Shown here: in pieces, positions 48,838 to 62,027 of the stretch
How positions within the stretch are numbered: position 1 is the stretch's first letter
Layout of the letters: each line of letters begins with the position of its first letter
Assembly (NCBI GenBank): GCA_965112155.1
Contig: OZ218099.1
Length of the DNA: 64,000 bases
Reading direction: 5' to 3' (one strand)
Source: Podarcis liolepis
Taxonomy: Eukaryota
The notes under the pieces: generated by a model
Told to the model about the DNA's origin: nothing
The model's database searches: none
The model's input: only the letters and a program-made list of their open reading frames with translations
Position numbers and translations under genes: made by a program

Positions 48838-50109
48838 GGTTATGTTGGGTTTAAAAAAATAAAATTATATTGTTATCAGTTATGATGTTTTATTAATTGT
48901 TTATGACTATTTTTGTTACATTGCAGTTAAGTTTCTTTTGTGTTGTAAGCTGCCTTGAGCATGGCTTGAACTGTGAGGTGGCATACAAATTAAATTACGT
49001 ACGCATGCATCCCACCTCACAAGGTTGTTGTGACGCTTAAAATGGAGGGGAAGGGAGTACCCTGCACACTGCCTTTTCCCATTAATATTTCTTTACATTT
49101 TTATGGATGCCCATCAGTACAGTTCTCTAGTCCACTTACAAAACATGTATGCTGCCTCACTCTCTTTGGAGGAAAGGCAGCTTACAAATATAATACATAA
49201 AGATGGGTATTGTTGTTGTTGTTGTTTTGAGTAGTGCTTGTTAACTCCATAGGCAAAAGCAGAAGACACGTTTTTAAAAGAGCAGTGTTGCTTAGTGGCA
49301 GGCCTTCTCCCTATTTTAATGATATGCTGGAGTGACCGATACAAGATTTCTAAGCCACCCAACTCCAGATAAGCTCTCTGTTGCGTTTCCCACATAGAGC
49401 GAAATCTATCTAACCAGCCAGGCCCAGCAAGCAGCGACAGGAGGTGGGAGGATGAAGTTGTCTGGCAGCAGAACGCTGGAACAGGTTTCCTTTTGCTTTG
49501 TAGCCCTGGGTAAATGAGTACCATCCAGGAGCTGGCAACAGGTTCGCTGCGACTCCTTCGCTAGCCTGCCCTCATCCCTTCACCTTGATACTGGCCTATC
49601 GGTAGTGGGGAACTCAGGGAAAAGATGAATATTTGATGAATTGCAAGAGGGGTGAATTATTGATGGAGATTGCTTAAAGAGACACAGAAACTGTAAATGC
49701 TGGAGCCGGCTGGGAGCTCAGGGCGTGTGCGGCATTGTTTATGTTTGTTCTGAATGAAGACATGTGCGTTGGAATTGGGCGTGGAGGCTTGCAAGCAGCC
49801 GGAAAAGCGGAATCAGACCCTACTGTTTTCTCCCTGCAAGCGAGAAATGCCGCTTGTTTCCCAATAAAGCAATCTATTTCACACCGATACAAAGCAGTAT
49901 CGGGTGCAGGTCCAGGGCAGGAAAACGCAGCTATATCAAAGATTCTTGTTGCCAACGCAGGCAATTTCACCACGTCTCATCGGAATGTCCCAGCTTGGTG
50001 GGGCTGAGGGGAAAGTGGGTGACGGTTGCTTCCCACGTAACCTTTGGTTGGAATGTGAATACACCAAAGCTTAGCAACAGAAACGTCGCACTGAGCATTT
50101 GTTCACTGC

Positions 50110-50388
50110 CCTGAGCTGGAACTTGTACCTATGGGACCGCCTCTCCCGGTATACCCCACAGAGAGCCTCAAGGTCCATAAATAGCAACACCCTAGTGGTC
50201 CCAGGCCCTAAAGAAGTTAGATTAGCTTCAACCAGAGCCAGGGCCTTTTCAACTCTGGCTCCGGCCTGGTGGAACGCTCTGCCACATGAGACCAGGGCCC
50301 TGCAGGATCTGATTTCTTTCCGCAGGGCATGTAAGACAGAGTTGTTCAGCCTGGCCTTTGGCTTGGAGCCAGTTTGATTCCCTCCCCC

Positions 50389-50424
<36 letters not shown>

Positions 50425-50593
50425 TTTTCTTTTCCTTTCTCCTCCTGCAATGAGGCTGCATTTTAATATTTTAATGTTTCAATATTTTATGTTGTATTTT
50501 AATTTTGTTTTTAAGTTGTATTCATTCAATTTGTTTTTATTATTGCTTGTTTGCTGCCCTGAGCCCGGCCTTGGCTGGGGAGGGTGGGGTATA
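50110..50593 (+). mobile_element. L2 LINE 3' end with (TTTC)n in its UTR
   Basis: YLWDRLSRY...RARAFSTLAPAWWNALP...FRRACKTELFSLAF, ending GGGTGGGGTATAAAT. Confidence 0.9.

Positions 50594-50671
<78 letters not shown>
50594..50671. repeat. Inverted microsatellite (AAT)n(ATT)n
   Basis: About 13 AAT units directly followed by about 13 ATT units. Confidence 0.97.
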
Positions 50672-50888
50672 CCTGCTAGAGTAGGCCAATGGGCCACCTA
50701 GCTGCCAATGGCATTCTGTCCCCACAGTGGCCCACCAGACACCTATGGGAAACAAGCAAACATGATCCGGCCATGAGGGTACTCTGTCCTCCCATTGCTT
50801 CCTGTGATCATGGAGGCAGAGCACAGCCATCATGGCTAGTAGACATTAATAGCTTTACCTTCCATGAATTTGTCCAGTCCTTTCAAGA
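50672..50888 (-). mobile_element. Old CR1 3' fragment
   Basis: CCATCATGGCTAGTAGACATTAATAGCTTTACCTTCCATGAATTTGTCCAGTCCTTT and CCTGCTAGAGTAGGCCAATGG resemble the antisense CR1 3' end. Confidence 0.65.
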
Positions 50889-51339
50889 TGGGAGCTGTGA
50901 AGTACAATACAACCGTTCCTTGCACCGCATTGTACTGCAGCCCCTCATTATTGAAAATTGCAATACAAATTTAACCGCTAAACCATAGAGTATCCGGGCT
51001 GGAAAGAAGCAGCATGCCTCATATTGTCCTCTCTTACATTCACCCACTTGCCCAAGACATGTTAGTGCCTGAAGCAGGAAAAATCCCTGTGGAACCTACC
51101 TCCCAAATAGTGGCTAGTCTCATGACACAATTGACAGCTTGTTGCTCTTTAAATGGTACTTTGAAATCTAGTGCCCAGTGTGACCTGCCTCCACCTGCTA
51201 AAAGGTAGGCCTCAGTCTGGATAGCAGCTTCTGCTGCTGCTGGATGATTTCTTGAGGCAGGTTGTAAGGGGTGGGTTGGTTGGTTGGTTGGTTGGTTGGT
51301 TCATTCTTCAATCTGGGCTTCTTCAAGGAAAATCAGTGA

Positions 51340-51480
51340 AGAGTCTTGTGGAACCTTGAAAGATTAACCATATTTTTATAGCATAAGCTTAAAACTACTA
51401 CTGCTGCTGCTACTACTACTAAATAGGATGTTTAGTCTTTAATTTGCCACAATACTCTCGTTTTTTGGTTGCAACAGACT
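51340..51480. mobile_element. Degraded Penelope-like inverted remnant
   Basis: GAGTCTTGTGGAACCTTGAAAGATTAAC ... TTTAGTCTTTAATTTGCCACAATACTC form an imperfect inverted pair of PLE type. Confidence 0.55.
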
Positions 51481-51856
51481 CACTTTGGAAATTTGTTTCA
51501 ATGCAAATGACTTCTTGGAGAGCCAACGTTTGAGAAGGGTCTTTACATTAAAATGGTGAGGTGTGGATGCTGATGGGGGATGCTGGCAGCTCCAGGCAGG
51601 GCATTAGGCAGAGTGGGGTGACCACCTGAGGGAGCAGTCCTTGAGTGTTCCTCTTGAGCACACATCCCTTCTTCCATTCCTCTCTGCTGTCACACTGCTT
51701 GTCCTTCACGCTACTGTGGCCTGGTGCCTCAGATACAGTGGAGAAAGCTGTTGCACCCCCAGTGTTGATAGCAGATTCCACTGCCATTCCAATTGGTTTC
51801 TGTGCTTGGAATGTGGAGGAACGCCATCTTGTCTGCCTCAGGCAGCAAGACGACTT

Positions 51857-52098
51857 GAAGAAGAAGAGTTTGGATTTGATATCCCGCTTTATCACTACCC
51901 GAAGGAGTCTCAAAGCAGCTAACATTCTCCTTTCCCTTCCTCCCCCACAACAAACACTCTGTGAGGTGAGTGGGGCTGAGAGACTTCAAAGAAGTGTGAC
52001 TGGCCCAAGGTCACCCAGCAGCTGCATGTGGAGGAGTGAGGAAGTGAACCTGGTTCACCAGATTACGAGTCTACTGCTCTTCACCACCACACCACACT
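51857..52098 (-). mobile_element. Squam3-type SINE
   Basis: Reverse-complement match to 10360-10620, including the (GAA)n tail. Confidence 0.87.
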
Positions 52099-53123
52099 TG
52101 GGTCAGCCCTGGCTCCGGGACTGCTTGATTCCCACACTGGAAGGGCTCTCATACTGCAAACAGACTCCATGACTAGGTCAAGTTTCAGTGCCAAGTGCCA
52201 GATTGGTGTGCTTTCCATTCTGCTCCAGCATAGGATTTCTGTAACCTCGCTGCACGGCCGCCTCCTTTGTCTGGTATGATGTGAAGTGCTTCCGCAACAC
52301 AGTTGGACACCATCGTCACGTGGGACAGGGTGCGTGAGCGGGGCTACAAGGAATACGAGAGACCAAGTAGGCATGGGATGCAGGGAGAGGAAGAGGCCTG
52401 TCCAAAAACCTCCTTCCCACTTGACTGATACCAGATCATCCTTTATGGGAAATTCAGTAATCCCTGCTAACAACATCCAGGCAGGAAAAACATAATTAAG
52501 TGCAATGACTGGTGGCAGTTACAAAACCACCAGAAGCAGGAATCAGCAAGAACCAGTAACCAGGGGGAAGTCCCTTTGCTAGGTGGAACATTTCCCGTCT
52601 GGCGTTGGGGGAAGTGCATGGGAAGGGGTAAGGTTGCATCAAGCTCCAATTAATGTGAGCCTAAGCTTAATCACAGTTAATAATAATCTAATTGGCTGTG
52701 ATGTTTGCTTAATTGTGACATATTGCCACTTCCAAGCACTTACAGCGCTTCCCTTAAAAAAAAATGCCACCAAAATACCCTATAGATAACTGCTTCTCAA
52801 AGAGTGGGCCGGGACCCACCAGTGGGCCTTGGGACGCTTTCAGAGGGCCTCAATGCCACAGTCTGCCCACTGCTCACTCCTCACTTGCCTTCCCTGCTTC
52901 TTGGCCACGCCATACCCTTTTGGTTGGACCAATGGCAGCACCAGCCAACTGCTTACATGGTGAGAAAACATGGCTGGAGATGGGGGGCGGGGAGGAAAGA
53001 AGAAAAGGAATGTCCCCTCTCCTCTGAGGAGAAAGGACCAGGGAAGGTAATGGAGGAAATTAGAAAGTCAGACAAAAGGTGGTGGTTGCTGCTGCTGCTG
53101 CTGCTGCTGCTAGCAGTACAGTA

Positions 53124-53365
53124 TAGTGGTACCTCAGGCTTAAGTACTTAATTTGTTCCAGAGGTCCGTTCTTAACCTGAAACTGTTCTTAACTTGAAGA
53201 CCACTTTAGCTAATGGGGCCTCCTGCTGCTGCCGCGCCACCGGAGCATGATTTCTGTTCTCATCGTGAAGCAAAGTTCTTAACCCAAGGTACTATTTCTG
53301 GGTTAGCGGAGTCTGTAACCTGAAGCGTATGTAACCTGAAGCGTATGTAACCCAAGGTACCACTG
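53124..53365. mobile_element. Tc1/mariner MITE
   Basis: TA|TAGTGGTACCTC ... AAGGTACCACTG|TA; same family as 13179. Confidence 0.9.
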
Positions 53366-54864
53366 TAATTAACAAACTGGGACTAGTACATCTGGAGGGG
53401 ACTTTGACTGGGGTGTTTTGTTAAGGGGGGGTTGTTGTTGTTGGTCTTTTGCATCTTTATTTACGATTTTTTGTGATTCATGTGGGAATTGTTTGGTTTT
53501 GGTTTTGTATTTTTTAATGTTGTATTTATTGTTTATGACTGCTTTTGATATGTTGTAGGTATGTGTTCTTTTCTGTTTTAAGCTTCCTTGAGCATAGTTT
53601 GAATTGTGGATTGGCAGCATACAAATCAAATTATGTATGCATGTATGCACGGCTTTTTTAAAAAATAGAAAGAGTTGTCGGTACTGACCATGAAGTTGTT
53701 ACAGCAAGTGCCACACTTTTAACATTTGGGGGGAAAGGAGGTGCCCAGAAAAAAGCACTGTATGTATTTATGAATAGAAATGAAGAAAGCTGTTTTACAT
53801 TAAAGGACCAAGTGAAATGGCAGTTGGGTCCAAGTTTAGTGTGAAAGAAAGGGAAAATAAATCACAGGAGATGGGCAAAAATACTTTGAGAGGCATGCGG
53901 AGTTGGGACGATAAAAATATAAAAGAAAAAAAATGTTCTCTAGTTAGAAGCCTCTGGATTAGCAAATTCTGCCTAAAATGGGAAGGCCTAGGTACACCAT
54001 ACCTCCAGAGCAAATGTTTGTAGTAAGCAGAGCTATGGAACTCCTTGACGCAAGGAAATTGCAGTGGCAAAGAAGTAGGCCATTTCAAAAGATGGATTAG
54101 GTGTAACTAGAAGGTGATGTCAGCAATGGCTAGCTGCTTATGCCGAAGTCTGCATCCATCTGCCACCATTTTGTGATGAGTGTGCTTCAGTAATTTTTGC
54201 CTGTTCCAAATGGGTCCTAGGGAGCAGATAGTTTGAGAACGCCTCCTTTTGTTAACCCAACAAGTGGCCTACATTGAGCAGCCTCTTTTTATCTTCTGTA
54301 AACCTCAGCCCCATCCGTTTGTTGCCACATTTAGTGATGCAACAGCTATAAATCAGGCCCTCACTATTTGCATACATAATATTTATGAGTAATCACAAAT
54401 ATTTAGCATTGCCATTTTTTGTCGCCATGGCTTCCATGCCTTACACAGACACAGGATAGGCAGAAATGCTAAGGTTGTAGCTTTGCCCAGCCTTGTGATG
54501 CTGTCATGACAGGGTAAAAAGGCCTTTGTTGAATTTCTGCTCCTTCCTGACACTTGTAAATGTACAGGATCACAGCATCTAAATGTAAAATAAATACAGA
54601 AAAGGATGCTACAACTACATTAAAGGGAACCACTGAGTTCTCTTGAAGTGTCTGCAAGATGTACAGATCACTGGGCCACTGTGGATTTTATTTTTAATTG
54701 CTCTAGGGTCACTCACGTCCAACACATTTTTGGAACTTTATAAACAAAAAAACAAATCTCTAACATTCTGTGCCCATCTATCTCCTTGCATGTCAGCCTT
54801 CTCATGAAGTGCCTTCCTGGAACAGGCAGAAATCTGAGAGGGAAGGGAACATAACAGGCTAGTA

Positions 54865-55104
54865 CAGTGGTACCTCAGTTTACGAACTTAATCCGTTCCG
54901 AAAGTCCATTCTTAAACCAAAGCTGTTCTTAAACCGAGGTGCGCTTTCCCTCATGAGGCCTCCCGCCACCGGTGCCCTTCCACCGATTGGCCTTCGTTCG
55001 TAGACAGAGGTAAAGTTCACTAACCGAAACACTAATTCCGGTTTTGCAGAGTTCATATACCGAATAGTTCTTAACAGGGCTGTTCTTAAACTAAGGTACC
55101 ACTG
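54865..55104. mobile_element. Tc1/mariner MITE
   Basis: TA|CAGTGGTACCTCAGTTTA ... TAAACTAAGGTACCACTG. Confidence 0.88.
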
Positions 55105-58100
55105 CATTTGGAAACATGTAATCTTTAAGTGGGGAGTAAGTGTCCATCTGTATCCTCCACTGCAGGGATTTTTTTTCAGTGGGCAGAAGTTAGCAAGACT
55201 GAGTACAGAGGCTCAAGTGTCTTTACAACATTTGGTAAACTAAATCTCACTCCTTTCTGTAAGTCTACAATCCTCACAATCACTACTCAGTAATTAAAAA
55301 TATTGCCTTGCAAATTACTGATGTCCTGACTTCAAATAGAATTAACTCAGATTCTGGGCAAGGATCAATTATTGCCATGAGTAACCAGACAAGGAAATGA
55401 TCTTGGCAGTGGCGTCTGTCTAAATTTTTAAAAGACTTCTACCTCTTTTGCCCTAGAGGGCTACATAAAAAATGTCAAATTAAATTTATAATTGGTGTAG
55501 AGGCTCAAGGCGGCTTATATTATTTTCCCTGCAGCCTAAGGCAGGAAGAGGCACCAACAGGTGTGCCTAGCTGGAGAATGGAAGGATGGGAGAGGGTAGC
55601 ATGCATGCATGGCAAGCATGCAGGATAAATATGAAGAGGCAGGGGAGAGAAGCTATGACAGTGTGCAAAATTTGGGGTCGAGGAAGGGTACAATAGAAGG
55701 AAGACAGCAGATTGCAAAACAACCTTGCTGTGTGTTAAGCCACTAATGTGAAAACATCCTACATCAGGGATGGGGAGCCTTTGTACAAGGCTGGCAGGCC
55801 GCCCACCTGTCACTCAACTGGTGTCACTATGGCAACAGGTGATGCTGCGCTTTGGAGTCCCAGATCGTCAAAACTTCCAGAACTGTTTGAAAGCCTTTTG
55901 CTGTTTCCCTCCCCTCTTACTTTGGATTTGCAGCAGCTGAAGCTTAAGCTCTACCTAGATCAGGTGGAGTTCAATGCATCTGCACTCCAGAGCCTGCCTC
56001 ATGTGAGGAAGTGTGGGATCAAGCTGAAGCCATGAATTCAAATCCAGAGCAGGAAGTATAGCTAAGATCAGGGTCTCCGCATCCTGCAATCTGAACTGCA
56101 TACTGCATTTGATATACAACTGAATTATGAAAAGAGAGCATCTCTGGCATTCACCCAGGAATAAAACAAACTGGGGGGAACAACACATTCTTTAATGAGT
56201 GTGTTGTTGCCAAAATAGCACACTGCCACTTGGACAGAAGGCAACTTCATTGCCACCTCATCTCCTGAAACCCTTCATTGTGAAGCCCAGCTAATCATAA
56301 GCTGGCCCATCTCCCATCTTGGGCACTGCTGCTGATGAGCTCGTCAAAAACTCACACTAAAGAGCAATTGTTTCTCTCGGAGGCTGTGGCACCAAATGCC
56401 AGCTTGCCTCCCTTTTCCCAGCCATCACATTAATTGTGTTCCTTTCCCTCATTAGCGCACAGCCGGGAGGATGAAAGAGGCCTTTTGTCTGACTAATGAA
56501 CAGGGCAGATCTACCACCAAATCCTCCTGTCTTCCCCACAACCCTGCCTTCATCATGTACTGCACAAAATACAAACATGGTGTTTCTTCAGAGCTGCGCA
56601 CCCAGACAAATCCTTCGTGTGCAACAGTAGTATTGCCTCATTGTTCCCTACGTTGTGCATTGAGAGGATAAAGTGGTGCACACAGTTGATATAAGATTTG
56701 GGAGTGAGGCCTATGATCATAGCCTCCATATTCACCAGATATCCGTTTTGGAAAAGCTTAGGGAAGCAGTCCAGACAGCAATTTATCCTCCAGTCTAGCA
56801 CACCAAAGCACATTCAGCCACTGATTACTGGTGCATAAATGTCTGCAGGAATTAGTTGCAATTGTGCAAAAGTATTTGTCCAACAGAAGACCTAAACAAC
56901 TGGAGCTCATAATCTTCTAAAACAGAGTTAAGTTCCCTGCCGATTTCTGCTTGCGGCAGCTAGGCAGCTGTGCCAATACAGGATATGTTACTGTCGTTAA
57001 TTGGGGGACGGGGGGAGAATAGCGACATTGCAGATGCAGGTAAACTTTCCCAGTCAATACTGAGCATCAATAATTTTGCTTCTCTGAGCGCAGCAAGGCC
57101 TCCTCCCTCCCGCTTGCAAATTCCGTGCTGTTTTAATTAAGCGCCAGGGTATATTTCTTCCATCTCTGACAAACTGTGGCCAATGATGAAAGCACCTTTT
57201 AAAGAGCCAGCCTCATCTGTCTTTTCCTAATAACATCCATCACCAAAAGGGCATGAGCATTCCTCTCTACTATATCCTCCCCACTGACAGCAAGCACATA
57301 GTATTTTCAGTTCATTAAACACTAGCTGAGCTGCAAGGAAGACGCTCATCCAGGACCATCTATTCCAGTCCAAATGTATCATCAAGTACCTTTCTGCAGA
57401 AATCCACATTTAAGCCCCTTTGAGGGGTGGCAGAATTGTATGGAACTGCAGCCAACACTGAAAAATTAGGGGAATGCCGCTTACCCATCAGATAATAATG
57501 AGAGCACTCATATTTAGTGCTCAGAGGAGAAACATATAAAAATGTGTGCATTAGCAATCATGGAAATCAAAAAGCCTCAATGTAAGGCAAGTCAGTGTAA
57601 TGACTTGTTCTTTGCTTTCTGTGCAAAAGCTGAGATTTCAAAAAGACCTTTTGAAAGGGACCTGCTTTGGCCCAAAAGGTTATAGGCCCCTGTGCTTCTC
57701 CTGCACACTGGAGCTATCTGAGAGCTGCTTGGACACTTCAGCAATTAAGCAGCATATGAATACCTTAAATAAATAAATCCTTTGAATTTCTAATAGTCCA
57801 GCAGCACCTGCCCAAGCAATTTCGGCAAACCTCATACAGTACTAGCTATGGTCCCTGGTCAACTGATCTATGCTGGAGCTCTGCACTGACTGGCCTCAGG
57901 TGAACTTCCATTCCTGTGCCTCAGTTCATTTGGGGAATGGGAACAACAGCACTCCAATCTTGCGGATTTGTGAACAGCAGTGGCTGAAATGAGGACACCT
58001 TTGATTATTTGTTCACCACAGAACTACCACAGAACTCATAGCCTTCGTCCAATAGATAGAACTGCCTTTGCACAGTGCCCATCTTCAACAGATAACCAAA

Positions 58101-59135
58101 ACACATATTTTCATCTTGTAAAAGTTCAGCTTTTCTGGGACACAGAGGCTGGCAGCATAATCTAGGAAGAGGATCCAGTTATCCTGATACCTCTCTGCCT
58201 CTCAGATTCTTCCTCTTGCAGCTTCTATGATTAACACCATCAGTGATTGTGATGGAGAAGATAAGAGCATGGGTCTGATCTGTGTTTTAGCACACTCATT
58301 TTGCAGGCCTCCTCCATCCTTCTCAGCACACTGTCTTCAATGGATTTTGGAGGGGGTGCATAGATAATTAATACCCTCTTCAAACTATAACAGAAGAGCC
58401 GATACATCCCCATCAATGCCTCATGAGCCAGAGTTGGCTTGAAAAACAAATCACTTTGGGGGGAGAGGGGTGTCGAGAGATCTCCCCCATCCAACTCCCA
58501 CATCTAATAGGTTTGGTAGGTTTTTGTAGTGCTTCAAAATCCACACAAAACCTAGAGGTAATAGAAATGTGAGTGGAGGAATGGAGGAAGCAATGCTAAA
58601 AAAACACTTTCAATGTCTCTTTAAAACTATTGACACACATAACAGGAGAGGGTTACCAACCCCTGCCTTCGCCAGATAAAACAAGAGAACGGGGCTAGAG
58701 TTGCCAGCCAGGCACCAAACATCTTAACCAACATTGAGAGAACACAGTGCTGCGGTCCCGCCATTCCTGATATTTTTAAGGGTGAAATCTGCAAGGGAGG
58801 GAGACCAATCCAGGACATTCACAGGCAGTGAAAGACAATTGTTAAAAGATGGGATAAGGTGATGGGGGAAGAGGTTTTCTTGCCCACTGACCCAACACAG
58901 CAGCTGCACCGAGTCAAAAGCTTCTCTGCTTTCCCAACATGTCCATATGGGAAATTCAGACTCGCACAGATTTACACATTCCCTCCCCAAAGGTTGAAAA
59001 ACAAGCAGGCTCAATCCACCTGCCTCGCTTTCATTCCCTGCGAGGCTGTGTGGCCTGTCAAGGGAAAGAGCCGTGGACTTTTCGCTGAGCCCTGCATCAC
59101 AGCAAAGTCAAAACAGGGCAAAAGGCAGAACTTAC

Positions 59136-59299
59136 CCTCTGCTAACTATCAGCCTTAAGGCATCCAAGTTGCCATGGTAGGCGGCCCATAGGGTTGGGGT
59201 CATGCCATCCTCATCCAGCGAGTTGAGGTCCTTCTTGGTGGCTTCCTTCAGCAGGTCGAGGTAGCCATCCCTGGCTGCCCTGTGGTAGTGGTCGTTCAT
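59136..59299 (-). CDS. USH1G: USH1G coding exon 1
   Basis: 164 nt from Kozak CACCATG, encoding [55 protein letters not shown]. Donor GG|GTAAGT; phase 2 matches exon 2. Confidence 0.98.
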
Positions 59300-60781
59300 G
59301 GTGCAGCTTTACTCCCTGGCCGCTTCATTGGGAAGGGCGAGAGGGGATAGTAAGAGGAAGGGCATGGAGTCTGAGGGGAGAGTTCCAGGAAAGCAGCTGG
59401 CTGAGAAAAGAGAGGAGGAGGGAGCTTTGTTACTTGGACACCTGAGAATCCCTGACCAGTGAGGGGAGGAACTCCTCATATTGAATGCATGAGATTAGTT
59501 TCTGTGGATTCCCCTGGGTCCTAAGGATTCTTTGCCTCTCTCTGGTGTGCACTTCACCTTAGCAAACCCCTCGCAGAAGACACTCGTTCTGTCCTCTTCC
59601 TAGCAGCAAAATGGGCTGGTAACACTGTGGAATTCTCTGCCCAGCTGTTGCCTCAATAGCTGAAGTTCTCGCTTAAAGGGACTTAAAACCTTCTGCCTGC
59701 TACCTGCTAATCTGAGACGTTTTCTCCCTCCCCTCTCTTCAAATCTGAGATAACAGCGTTGTTGTTGTTTTGAAAGGAAGTTTCTGGGAGGGATAGTTGC
59801 CGCATACAAAAATCCACTTTTGAAAAGGCTTCCCTCCACAATTTCTACTCAACAGAGAACTCTACAACTGTGTGAAGCAGCAAAGCAGCTGACTTTTAAC
59901 CAGTTAGACCCGTGCTTAGTATTGTGGGCACTGACTGGCAGCTCTCCAGGCCTTCAGGCAGGGGGCCTCTCTCAGTCCTACCTGGGAGGGGTGGGCAATA
60001 GCCCTGGGACCTTCTGCTTAAAAAACACCACCCACTGTGCTCTGGCACTTCCTCCAGTGTTTACCCAAGTGATAAGGCTCAGTTTCAGAATAGTAGTAGT
60101 TGTCTTCCAGGAATGTTCTTCAGAATTGTGCCTGTTTACTACGCAGTGTATGCCCACATCTAATGCAGGCTGCTGTGTGGTGCCTGTACGATGCATGTGC
60201 TTCCAGACACCTGTTTGTTGCATCAACCATCTCAGTAATGCGTGACCTGAATTTCAAAGGGCTGTGAGTGACCACTAGTTCTCTCTTTCCAGCTCTCTTT
60301 GGGAATACCTGGTCTTCTGGCGCCATCTGTTGCTCAGAGAATGAAATTCACTTAGAAGCTCTACCAGAAATAAGTGGCACTTAAGTGGCATAAGCTGTCA
60401 TGGACTAGTGTCCAGAAATGTTTGTTTCCTTCCAGCCTTATTGAACATGGAACTAAATGATTCACTCCTGCAGTTTTCTTAGGATAAATGGCTGCAAATG
60501 GCATTCTATTGCAATAGCATCAGTGGATGTCATGGATTATTATTTTTTAATGTAAACTGCTTGGAGGTTTTGGTGGTGAAGTGGTGTATAAATCTGGTTA
60601 AGTCAGTGAACAACTCGTTGCCAGGGTGCCTTCCCTACAGTTCAATAACAGCAATCTTCTAACTAATCTGAATTGTGCACTGTTGGCTAAAGGACACTGG
60701 TATTTAAGCACAAACAAAAACACAGACCCACAGGAAACAAAACTGGCATTGCATGCCTAGGATAGTCAGGTGAAAAAGGGC

Positions 60782-61121
60782 TAAAGGTAAAGGGACCCCT
60801 GACCATTAGGGTCCAGTCGTGACCGACTCTGGGGTTGCGGCGCTCATCTTGCTTTATTGGCCGAGGGAGCTGGCGTACAGCTTCCGGGTCATGTGGCCAG
60901 CATGACTAAGCCGCTTCTGGCGAACCAGAGCAGTGCACGGAAACACCATTTACTTTCCTGCCAGAGCGGTACCTATTTATCTACTTGCACTTTGATGTGC
61001 TTTTGAACTGCTAGGTTGGCAGGAGCAGGGACCGAGCAATGGGAGCTCACCCCGTCGTGGGGATTCGAACCGCCGACCTTCTGATCGGCAAGTCCTAGCC
61101 TCTGTGGTTTAACCCACAGTG
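60782..61121 (-). mobile_element. Sauria SINE between USH1G and OTOP2
   Basis: TAAAGGTAAAGGGACCCCTGACC tail through CTGTGGTTTAACCCACAG head. Confidence 0.93.
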
Positions 61122-61663
61122 GGGCTCCTTTGTCTTTAATAGTTGTGTAGAAAAGGGTTTGGTTGTGATTTTGTTCTGCTGCCATTTATACTGAAATCCC
61201 CCCTCCCCTGCATAAGAGCTCTGTACTCTTTTTCATCTGGCCCCCAACTCTAAAAATATGCAGGAAATAAGACACCGACAATGCAGTCCTTATATATCAC
61301 ATCTACTCCGAAGACCCAGTAAGTTCAATGGAGCTCGTATAGGATCAGTGGAGTGTGTATAGGATTTCAGCCTAAGGAGGTTTTACTTCCAGCTCAAGAC
61401 TGGCAGGTTGATTCTAAGCCAAGGCCAATTGTTGCTGTTATGCTTTTTAAAAATAATAATAATGAAATGAAATGTGACCTGTGTGGTATGGTTTGCGATA
61501 AGATCCCACCTTCCCACCATTTTTACTGTCAAGTGACCTTGACCCTCTCTTCCTCATCCTTTCTTCCCTAAAACTAGCTACTGCACAAAATGGATCATGT
61601 GAGCCTTACTGATAAGTTTATGAAGATCACTGGTGGTGTAAATCACAGAGGCGTCCGGACAGA

Positions 61664-61669
61664 TATAAA
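61664..61669 (+). promoter_or_regulatory. OTOP2: Candidate OTOP2 TATA box
   Basis: TATAAA about 90 nt upstream of a donor CAG|GTAGGT at 61756; GATAAG sites nearby. Confidence 0.5.
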
Positions 61670-61694
61670 TTCCAGGGCATCTGTGAGCTGGGGG

Positions 61695-61756
61695 AAAAGG
61701 AAGCTTGTGTGAAAGCAGCGGTGAGGAAAGAGAGTCGACTTACGGGTGGAAAACAG
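61695..61756 (+). other. OTOP2: Candidate OTOP2 non-coding first exon
   Basis: Lies between the TATA box and donor CAG|GTAGGT. Next acceptor CCCCCACCTTCAG|G at 61995/61996 precedes the ATG exon. Confidence 0.45.
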
Positions 61757-62027
61757 GTAGGTGTTCTTTGTTGTGATTACAGTTCTGGTCTCTTCGTGCC
61801 TAGTTATAATATACCAACTAAGCGATATTAGTGCTATGGAAAGAGCAGTTGAAATATTGCACCTTGAAGCCCACCTTTGCAGGTCTTACTGTTCTCTTTT
61901 TCTGTGCATCTTCCCCCTTTTTCTAACAATACCATAATTTTCGATGACACTAACATAGGTGTGTACATTTTCTCTCTTCCTGCCCCCACCTTCAGGCCAG
62001 CAGCATCTCCTCGGTGCCCATTAAATC

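Noticed and set aside
57183-57290. Box C (ATGATGA) ... box D (CTGA) snoRNA-like spacing
   Set aside because: No terminal stem, antisense to the host gene, and no recognisable guide.
59169-59181. X-box-like GTTGCCATGGTAG in USH1G exon 1
   Set aside because: Fully explained by the codons for YHGN in the ankyrin repeat.
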